Below are positions 1 to 6,430 of a stretch of 64,000 bases of DNA, one piece after another (position 1 is the first letter of the stretch; every line of letters starts with the position of its first letter). Position numbers and translations under genes: made by a program. The DNA is from Polyangiales bacterium (GTDB taxonomy: Bacteria > Myxococcota_A > Polyangia > Polyangiales > Ga0077539): NCBI GenBank assembly GCA_044375895.1, contig JBILLV010000012.1, positions 2,826 through 66,825 on the forward strand, given 5' to 3'. Below the pieces are notes generated by a model. It made no database searches. It was not told where the DNA came from and worked only from the letters and a program-made list of their open reading frames with translations.

Positions 1-342
1 CAGGCCCACCTGCGCGAGGGTCGCCGTGCCGAAGGCCACACCGAGCTGTCGGGCGAGGTCGCGCCGCGGAACGCGGAAGAGCGCAACGGCCACGAGAACG
101 GTCGCGAGCGAAGCGGGCGCGAGCGCGACGCTCCACGCGGAGTAGGGAGAGACGGCGCCACCGTCGGCTTCGAGGGCGGCGACGAGCGCCGGCGGGATGG
201 CCTCCTCGCCGCGACGAACCGGCGTCGGACGCACCCGCACCAGCGCGTTGCACGCCGGGCAGGTGCGGGCGTGGTCGCGGAGGGCGTCGGTGAGGGCTTC
301 CCCTTCGACGAGCGAGCGGGTGATGTCGTCACAGGTGCTCAT
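1..342 (-). CDS. anti-sigma factor, ZAS / zf-HC2 type (N-terminal part; runs off the window edge)
   Basis: Absent from the ORF track because there is no stop inside the window. ATG at 342 overlaps the sigma-factor stop (ATGA, 339-342). Own translation: MSTCDDITRSLVEGEALTDALRDHARTCPACNALVRVRPTPV... It has the H-x3-C-x2-C zinc motif (HARTCPAC) and one hydrophobic span (WSVALAPASLATVLVAVALF), typical of single-pass anti-sigma factors. Confidence 0.65.
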   Translation of the reverse strand, partial: MSTCDDITRSLVEGEALTDALRDHARTCPACNALVRVRPTPVRRGEEAIPPALVAALEADGGAVSPYSAWSVALAPASLATVLVAVALFRVPRRDLARQLGVAFGTATLAQVGL

Positions 343-923
343 GACGGCCTCTTGAGTCCAACGAGCTTGCGGAGCGCCTCGTAGCCGCGGTGCGCTCGCA
401 CCTTGAGCGCGCCCGGCGTGACGCCCGCAACCTGCGCGGCGTCGGCCACCGAGAGGCCCTCCACCTTCAACAAGACGATGGCCTCGCGCTGCGCCTCGGG
501 GAGCGCTTCAAGGCCTGCGCGGAGGGAGTCGGCCACCTGCGGATCGAGGCGGTCGAAGCCGTCGGGGGTCTCTTCGACCGGCGCGGGCTCGGGGACGGAG
601 CCGTCGTGGCTGAGGTCTTCGGGGCGGCGGCGGCGCGAGCGCCGGTGGTCGAGGAAGGTGCGGCGCGCGATGGCGAAGACCCATGGCTCCACCGGGGCGC
701 CGAGCTGGTACGTGCCACGAGCCCGATGGATCTTGAGGAACGTGGTCTGCGTGAGATCGTCGGCCGCGCGGTCGTCGCCGGAGAGGTTGCGCAGGAAGCC
801 ACGGACCCGCGGCGCGAGCGCGCGGTAGAGGTCTTCGAACGCGCGCCGATCGCCGGCGACGGCGGCCGCCATGAGCGTGTCGAGAGCTTCGTCTCGGCGG
901 ACTGTCACCGTGGGCTCAACCAT
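339..923 (-). CDS. ECF (group 4) sigma-70 family RNA polymerase sigma factor
   Basis: C-terminal 194 aa of ORF 339..1253. ATG at 923 (MVEPTVTV...). Region 2-like DDLTQTTFLKIHRARGTY and region 4-like EAQREAIVLLKVEGLSVADAAQVAGVTPGALKVRAHRGYEALRKL. The upstream 110 codons of the track ORF are R/P/W-rich junk. Confidence 0.9.
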   Translation of the reverse strand: MVEPTVTVRRDEALDTLMAAAVAGDRRAFEDLYRALAPRVRGFLRNLSGDDRAADDLTQTTFLKIHRARGTYQLGAPVEPWVFAIARRTFLDHRRSRRRRPEDLSHDGSVPEPAPVEETPDGFDRLDPQVADSLRAGLEALPEAQREAIVLLKVEGLSVADAAQVAGVTPGALKVRAHRGYEALRKLVGLKRPS

Positions 924-1020
924 CCATGGAGACGGCGCCGACGCATCTCCGTGGGCGCGGTGATACCGCGACGGAGAGGCGACGTACCAGCGCGGAATGG
1001 CGACGACCATGCGAGCGCCT

Positions 1021-1045
1021 ACGTCTCGGTCACGGTTGCGGTTAC
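1021..1045 (-). promoter_or_regulatory. candidate ECF-type promoter (GTAAC-N17-CGT) upstream of the sigma gene
   Basis: Minus strand reads GTAAC (1045-1041), a 17-nt spacer, then CGT (1023-1021), about 100 nt upstream of the sigma ATG. It resembles the AAC-N16/17-CGT ECF promoter pattern. Pattern match only. Confidence 0.2.
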
Positions 1046-1087
1046 GCGCCGCAGCGTTGGGGTCGGGAGGTGATAGCTTCGCGCGCC

Positions 1088-1678
1088 ATGCGACCCATGC
1101 GTCTCTTCCTGTGCGTCTCCCTCCTCTGCTTCGCGGCGGGGTGCGGGTCATCTTCCAACAACGCCGCCACCTCGGCCCCGCCGCCGACCACCGCGACGTC
1201 GGGCGGTGACACTGCGACCGCCCCGACGGCGACGACCGAGACCGCACCGACAACGCTGCCAGCGGCGGCGACCGTTCCTGCGACGACGGAGACCGCGACC
1301 GCGGCCACGACGCCCACCGCCACGACGCCCGCCGCCACGACGCCCGCCGCCACGACGCCGCCCCCCGCGGAGCCCGCCGCGGCGACGCCCCCTGCCCCGC
1401 ACGCGACGACGCCTGCGGCCCGCCCCGCGGCAGCGACTGCCGGTGGCGCGCAGGCCGTGGCCCGCGGTCGCGCGGTGCTCACCCGCGCCTGCGGCAACTG
1501 CCACGAGCCCGGCGACAGCGACGGCCCGAGCGCCGGCAAGAACTGGGAGGAGGCCCGCATGCGCACGCAGGTGCGACAGGGCGCCGGTCGGATGCGGGCG
1601 ATCCCCGCGTCGCGGCTCAATGACGCAGACCTGGACGCGCTCATCGCCTACCTCCGCTCGATCCGCGCGGTGCGCTGA
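1088..1678 (+). CDS. c-type cytochrome lipoprotein with T/P/A-rich linker
   Basis: ATG at 1088 inside ORF 926..1678. Signal/lipobox-like MRPMRLFLCVSLLCFAAGC, a long TTPAATTP linker, a single heme motif CGNCH, and a C-terminal LNDADLDALIAYL typical of class I cytochrome c. Confidence 0.75.
   Translation: MRPMRLFLCVSLLCFAAGCGSSSNNAATSAPPPTTATSGGDTATAPTATTETAPTTLPAAATVPATTETATAATTPTATTPAATTPAATTPPPAEPAAATPPAPHATTPAARPAAATAGGAQAVARGRAVLTRACGNCHEPGDSDGPSAGKNWEEARMRTQVRQGAGRMRAIPASRLNDADLDALIAYLRSIRAVR
1306..1362 (+). repeat. 15-nt tandem repeat (about 3.8 copies) encoding (A)TTPA repeats
   Basis: cacgacgcccaccgc / cacgacgcccgccgc / cacgacgcccgccgc / cacgacgccgccc, read directly at 1306-1362, inside the cytochrome c lipoprotein linker. 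Confidence 0.7.
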
Positions 1679-1725
1679 AGGACGGCGCGGTCGACGCGGG
1701 GAGAGGTGATAGCGTCGCGGTTGCG

Positions 1726-2457
1726 ATGCGTCTCTCCACCGCCCTCGTCCTGACCGCGCTCGTCGCCTGCCAGAGCCATCCGCCTCCCTCGCCGCGCACG
1801 CAGATCGTCGCGCCGCCGCCGCCCGACGTCGCCGTCGCGCCACCCGTCGCCACGGCACCTCCGGTCGTCGCCCCGGCGCCGGTCGTGCCCGAAGCCCCCG
1901 CGCGAATCGAGGCGTACCGCGACGAAGCGGCGGTGACGGAGCTCATGCGCGATCCGCAATGGCAGATTCCCGGCGAAGGCGAGGACTCGTACTCCTGCGC
2001 GGGCGGCGCTCACCCGCAGTCGTGCTCGCCCAACCCCTGCCACGAGGGCGTCGGCCAGGACTGCCGCAACGACTGCGAGCGCACGTGCGACGGCTGCGAG
2101 CGCGGGTGCCGCACGACGGCCGTCCGCTGCGCCTCGCCTTGCGCCGAGGACGCCTGCCGTCGGGACTGCGCACGCACCAACGCCGCGTGCATCGACGCGT
2201 GCATCCAGGCGCAGGGGCGGTGCCTCACGGGCGTGTGTGAGCCCCGCCAGCGCGCGTGCGAGACCGAACAGGAGCGCGCGTTCCACAACGGTCCGTGCCG
2301 CCCGGCGTGCCTGCGGTGCAGTCGACAGTGCGAGGGCGGCGACAACATGGGCGACTGCTTCCGCGCGTGCTTCCGCCGCAACCGCGGGTGCACGCCGGGG
2401 CAGCAGAACATCTGCGTGATGTCGGGGCCGGAGTTCGGCGCCCCGCTGCCGCCGTGA
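1726..2457 (+). CDS. cysteine-rich lipoprotein (about 25 Cys in Cx3C/Cx4C ladders)
   Basis: MRLSTALVLTALVAC lipobox, a Pro-rich linker, then a Cys-dense domain (CRNDCERTCDGCERGC...CAEDACRRDCARTNAACIDAC...). Good GC3 coding pattern. The stop overlaps the next start (GTGA 2454-2457). Confidence 0.7.
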   Translation: MRLSTALVLTALVACQSHPPPSPRTQIVAPPPPDVAVAPPVATAPPVVAPAPVVPEAPARIEAYRDEAAVTELMRDPQWQIPGEGEDSYSCAGGAHPQSCSPNPCHEGVGQDCRNDCERTCDGCERGCRTTAVRCASPCAEDACRRDCARTNAACIDACIQAQGRCLTGVCEPRQRACETEQERAFHNGPCRPACLRCSRQCEGGDNMGDCFRACFRRNRGCTPGQQNICVMSGPEFGAPLPP

Positions 2458-3359
2458 GGGCCGCGCTCCTCCTCACGCTCCTCGGCGGCGGGAGCGTGGC
2501 CGCGCAGGGACTCCCCGAGCGGCGCTGCGTCCCCGCGGGGGTGCTGGTGCGCGGGCGCCGCGTGACGACGCGCGCCGACGAGCGCCCAGAGCATCGGGTG
2601 AGCGTGCGGGCCTTCTGCATGGACGAGACGCTCGTGACGCGCGCGTCGTTTGCGCGCTACGTCGTCGCGACGGGCTACGTCACGGAGGCCGAGCGGCGAG
2701 GCTTCGGCTTCGAGTCGCTGGAGGGCTTTCAAGACTGGGCGTGGCAACGCGTGCCGCACGGGAGCTGGCGTCGGCCGTTCAGCGAGGACAACGCCGACAC
2801 GCGCTCGTTTCTGCGCGACGATGCGCCCGTCACCATGGTGTCGTGGGACGACGCGGTGGCGTACTGCGCGTGGCGCGGTGGGAGGCTCCCGACGGAGGCG
2901 GAGTGGGAGTACGCGATGCGCGCGGGGAGCTACCGGACGCGCTACCCCTGGGGCGACGCGCCCGACGACGCCAGCGGGAGGCCCCGGCTCAACTACTGGC
3001 AGGGGACATCCCACGCGCGCAACGAGCGGCGAGACGGGTGGGTGTACGTCTCCCCCGTGCGCGCGTATCCGCCCAACGCGTGGGGCTTCTACGACCCGGT
3101 GGGCAACGTGTGGCAGTGGACCGCGGACGTCTTCTATCGCGACACCTACGCCGCGACGGCGCTCGGCCACGACGCGGGCGCCGTCGCGGGCGCGGAGGAG
3201 CGCGTGGTGCGCGGCGGCTCGTGGTGGTGCGCGGCGTGTACGTGCGAGGGCTACGGGCTCTGGTACCGCGGGCACAACGTGCGAGACGCGCGCTTCAACA
3301 ACCTCGGGTTCCGGTGTGTGTACGAGGCGGTCAGCGGTCGCCCACCGCCGCCGGCTTGA
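2454..3359 (+). CDS. formylglycine-generating enzyme (FGE/SUMF1) family protein, secreted
   Basis: GTG at 2454 in the frame of ORF 2256..3359. Signal-like VRAALLLTLLGGGSVAAQG. Hallmark FGE-sulfatase strings MVSWDDAVAYCAWRGGRLPTEAEWEYA, GNVWQWTAD, RVVRGGSW, LGFRCV. Confidence 0.85.
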   Translation: MRAALLLTLLGGGSVAAQGLPERRCVPAGVLVRGRRVTTRADERPEHRVSVRAFCMDETLVTRASFARYVVATGYVTEAERRGFGFESLEGFQDWAWQRVPHGSWRRPFSEDNADTRSFLRDDAPVTMVSWDDAVAYCAWRGGRLPTEAEWEYAMRAGSYRTRYPWGDAPDDASGRPRLNYWQGTSHARNERRDGWVYVSPVRAYPPNAWGFYDPVGNVWQWTADVFYRDTYAATALGHDAGAVAGAEERVVRGGSWWCAACTCEGYGLWYRGHNVRDARFNNLGFRCVYEAVSGRPPPPA

Positions 3360-4269
3360 AGCAGAGGCGCACCACGCCGTCGCGCGCGAGGGGCGCGAGG
3401 TGGGGCGGGACGTCGCCGTCCACGCGAAACGAGCGGACGTAGTAGCTCCCGGTCTCCACCACGGGGAGGCCGCGCGCGCGGAGCCAGGCGCTCACCTCCT
3501 CGCGACGGAGGGCGTCGACGCGGGCGAGCTCGTCGAGGTCGAGGCGCGCGAAGGCCCGCGCTGCCAGGGCGTTGTGGAAGTACGTGAACCAGTCGAGCTG
3601 CGTGCGCGCCCGCTCCGTCCACAGGTGGTCGCGCGGCGCGAGGAGCACCCCGAGCTGCGACGCGGTGAGCCCGAACCCGCGCGAGAAGCTCACCGACACC
3701 AGCGAGCGCGGGAGGAGGTCGGCGAGCTCGGCGGCGACGGCGCGGCGTTCGGCGGGAGCGAGCGTCGGAAAGAGGTTGATGTTCAACAGCCGGAGCTCGG
3801 CGCCGCGGAGGAAGGAGACCAGCTCGCGGGTGACGTGGCCGTTGCGCACCGACGGGAGGCACGCGCACGCGAGGGAGCCATGGGCGTCGTCGGAGAAGAC
3901 CACCCGCTCGGGCCGCGACGATCCCACGCGGAAGCCGTACCAGTCGCCGGGGAAGACGCGCACGGGCTGGTCGTGGAGGTGCGCGGACTCGACCACGTGG
4001 GCCATGAGGTCGACATCACTGCCCGCCGCAAAGAGGTCGTGGGAGGAGAGGTCCCACGCGCCGCCGGTGAGGGCGGTGAGGGTGTCGCGGACGCGCGGCG
4101 CGAAGGTGTCGTGAAACCACCCGAGGCCGCGGGTGTAGTGCTCCGTGAGGTCGCTCACGTCGAGCGAGGCGACGGCGTCACGGTACGCGCGGACGCCCGC
4201 GGCGTAGCCCACCGGGAGGAGCGCGCGGAAGCCCTCGACGGCTTCGGGGGTGACGGCGCGGCCGATCAG
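3331..4269 (-). CDS. class I/II aminotransferase-fold protein lacking the PLP-binding lysine (putative pseudoenzyme)
   Basis: C-terminal part of ORF 3331..4842. Fold markers are PGDWYGF (cf. PGD.V..P.Y), LPSVRNGHV (cf. NPNNPTG) and SFSRGFGLTASQLG (cf. SFSK.FGL.G.R.G, with R at 3679-3681 where K is expected). The start is uncertain: CTG at 4269 (CTGA overlap with the radical SAM stop) or GTG at 4212. ATG at 4398 is rejected because it gives a 130-nt overlap. Confidence 0.55.
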   Translation of the reverse strand: MIGRAVTPEAVEGFRALLPVGYAAGVRAYRDAVASLDVSDLTEHYTRGLGWFHDTFAPRVRDTLTALTGGAWDLSSHDLFAAGSDVDLMAHVVESAHLHDQPVRVFPGDWYGFRVGSSRPERVVFSDDAHGSLACACLPSVRNGHVTRELVSFLRGAELRLLNINLFPTLAPAERRAVAAELADLLPRSLVSVSFSRGFGLTASQLGVLLAPRDHLWTERARTQLDWFTYFHNALAARAFARLDLDELARVDALRREEVSAWLRARGLPVVETGSYYVRSFRVDGDVPPHLAPLARDGVVRLCFKPAAVGDR

Positions 4270-5132
4270 CTCAGGCGATACAGCAGGCTCGACGTGTCCT
4301 CCAGGGAGGCATACACGCTCCCGTCCGAGAGGAGGTTGGTCGAGCGGCAGATCCCGTGGGTCCGCTCCCAGAGGGGCGTCGGTTCGTGGTAGAAGCATAG
4401 CTGCGCCTCGTCGATGCGGCGGATGGTGGGTCCCCAGGGGAGGCGGCCGATCACCTCCCCGACGGATTCGAAGGCGTCGAGGGTGACGCGGTGCTCGCTG
4501 GCCCAGCGGTCGTGCGGGCCGCGGCGGAAGAGCGAGCGCTCGTGGGCGACGTAGGTGTGCTTGAAGGTGAACTCCCGCACCCCCCTCGCCCGCATCGCCG
4601 CGACGTATTCCGTCACGTCGGTGGGGTCGTCGATGTAGCCCCGCGCCATCACGCAGGTGGCCCGCACGGGGAGGCCATCGCACGCGCCGAGCACAGCGGC
4701 GGCGTCGGGCGCGTCGTCGCCCATGAGCGAGCGGTTGATGACGTCGTCGTGGTGGTGGCGCGACCAGCAGAGGTACGTGAGCCCCGCGTCGCGGAGCGCG
4801 CGCGCGAGGGCCGGCGTGAGGCGCGACCCGTTGGTGAAGCACGCGACCTCGTCGAAGACCGCGCGGGCTTCCCTGACGAGGTGGATGACGTCGTCAGGGC
4901 GGAGGAGCGGCTCGCCGCCGCCCGTGATGACCGCGCGGGTGGCGCCGCGGTCGCGGGCCCAGCGGAAGTGGGCGGCGAGGTCGACCGCGCGCCAGTCGAG
5001 ACGGTCGCGGTCGAGCGCAGAGAGCGACGAACGGGAGAAGCAGAAGGGGCACGCGCAGTTGCACGCGAGCCGCACCGGGAGGACGGAGCAGGTGAGCGGG
5101 CGGCAGTTGTTCCAGGGGACGAGCTCGCTCAC
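4266..5132 (-). CDS. radical SAM enzyme (288 aa, no SPASM or B12 domain visible)
   Basis: GTG at 5132 (GTGA overlap with the upstream stop). CxxxCxxC cluster ACNCACPFC (C24/C28/C31, 5040-5063), GGGEPLL SAM-binding motif, and length typical of a minimal radical SAM core. The upstream 142 codons of the track ORF are R/P-rich junk. Confidence 0.8.
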   Translation of the reverse strand: MSELVPWNNCRPLTCSVLPVRLACNCACPFCFSRSSLSALDRDRLDWRAVDLAAHFRWARDRGATRAVITGGGEPLLRPDDVIHLVREARAVFDEVACFTNGSRLTPALARALRDAGLTYLCWSRHHHDDVINRSLMGDDAPDAAAVLGACDGLPVRATCVMARGYIDDPTDVTEYVAAMRARGVREFTFKHTYVAHERSLFRRGPHDRWASEHRVTLDAFESVGEVIGRLPWGPTIRRIDEAQLCFYHEPTPLWERTHGICRSTNLLSDGSVYASLEDTSSLLYRLS

Positions 5133-5803
5133 GGAGAAACCCGCGCGAGGGCGTCGCGGACGTGGGCGCGGCGCGCCTCGGGGAGGTGGTGCCACGCGCC
5201 GCAGAGGTCGAGCTCGGTGAGCTGGAGGCGCTCCATGAGGTCGCGGGCGGCGTCGCGGAGGCGCTGGTCGCGGGACTGGTAGCGGGCGCGGAGCGGGGCG
5301 GCGAGGAGCTCCACGCGGGCGGCGTCGGCGTTGAAGCGGGCGAGGTGCCCGGCGTGCGACTCGCGCCACGCGAGGTAGTCGTGGCCGAGGTGCTCGTGGG
5401 CCTCGGCGGTGCTTCGCATGTGGGCGGCTTCGCGGGCAAACTGTCGCTGGTCGACACCGGCGGGGAGCACGGTGATCACGGCGGGGTCGGGCGTGCGGTC
5501 GGCGCGGGTGACGAAGACCTCGTCGATGCCGGCGTGCCACGGACGCCACGGGGCGCACGGGAGGAGCGCGAGGCGACCCACGTCGATGCCGTCGGTGTAG
5601 GGCTCGCGGTACAACGCCGTGCGGAGGTAGGTGACGGGGCTGGTGGGGCCGGCGAGGCGCGGAAGTGTCCCTGCGAGAAAGCGCTGCATGGCGACCGGAC
5701 CGAGGTCGCGGAAGAGGAGCGGCGTCACCGACTCAGGGTCCAGCGGGCGGATGGCGCCACCCGTGTGCCAGCCGTAGGGGGTGAGGTCGTCGGGGTCGCT
5801 CAT
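5129..5803 (-). CDS. hypothetical protein (224 aa), operon member
   Basis: ATG at 5803, 3 nt after the upstream stop. Balanced composition (W/Y/H/F present) and high GC3. No motif recognised. Confidence 0.6.
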   Translation of the reverse strand: MSDPDDLTPYGWHTGGAIRPLDPESVTPLLFRDLGPVAMQRFLAGTLPRLAGPTSPVTYLRTALYREPYTDGIDVGRLALLPCAPWRPWHAGIDEVFVTRADRTPDPAVITVLPAGVDQRQFAREAAHMRSTAEAHEHLGHDYLAWRESHAGHLARFNADAARVELLAAPLRARYQSRDQRLRDAARDLMERLQLTELDLCGAWHHLPEARRAHVRDALARVSP

Positions 5804-5806
5804 CGC

Positions 5807-6430
5807 TCACCACTTTCCGCGTCGGGGGACGCGCTTCTGGTCGTCGGCCGCCTGTTCGCCTTCGAGGTATTTCATCCGCTCGGCCGCGAGCCGCCGGGCC
5901 TCCTGCGCCTGCTGGACGAGCCGCGCGTAGTCGAGGCGTTCGAGGGCGGCGCGGCTCACGTCGGGGGACTCCCCTTCGACGGCGACGCCGAGGCGGTCGA
6001 GCCACGCACGGGTGAGCTCCTCCACGCGCGGACCGGAGGCGCGAAGAAGCATGGGTGTGAGCAGGCGCTTCTCGCGGGCGATCGTCCAGAGCGCGTCGAG
6101 TACGAAGCGGGCGCCGCGCTGCAATGCGACGTGCGCGAAGGCGGCCCGCACCGCGTCGTGATCGGCGAGCTCGACCAGCAGACGGAAGCGGCGAAAGGCC
6201 CCGTCGTCGAGCGCGCTCGTCGCAGCATCGAAATCGGCGACGGCGACGGGTGAGGTCCGCGCGTCGCGGCAGCGGTCGGCGAGGCGAGCGCGGAGGAGCG
6301 GGGTGTCGAGGGGAACGTTCTCGAGCGACTGGGCGAGCTCGCCAGCGCGCAGCACGACGGGCGCGAGGCGGACGGACACGCCCGGTGGGTCGCGGTGGCC
6401 GCCGCCGAAGAGTCGGTCGATCAGGGACAC
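5807..6430 (-). CDS. hypothetical protein (207 aa) with a charged C-terminal helix, operon member
   Basis: GTG at 6430 (VSLIDRLFGGG...), overlapping the upstream stop by 10 nt. C-terminal QQAQEARRLAAERMKYLEGEQAADDQK. No family recognised. Confidence 0.55.
   Translation of the reverse strand: MSLIDRLFGGGHRDPPGVSVRLAPVVLRAGELAQSLENVPLDTPLLRARLADRCRDARTSPVAVADFDAATSALDDGAFRRFRLLVELADHDAVRAAFAHVALQRGARFVLDALWTIAREKRLLTPMLLRASGPRVEELTRAWLDRLGVAVEGESPDVSRAALERLDYARLVQQAQEARRLAAERMKYLEGEQAADDQKRVPRRGKW

Noticed and set aside
4270-4398. ATG at 4398 as the start for the aminotransferase-fold gene.
   Set aside because: It would overlap the radical SAM coding region by 130 nt, and the extra residues are P/R/L-rich. 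CTG 4269 or GTG 4212 is more plausible, though neither is proven.
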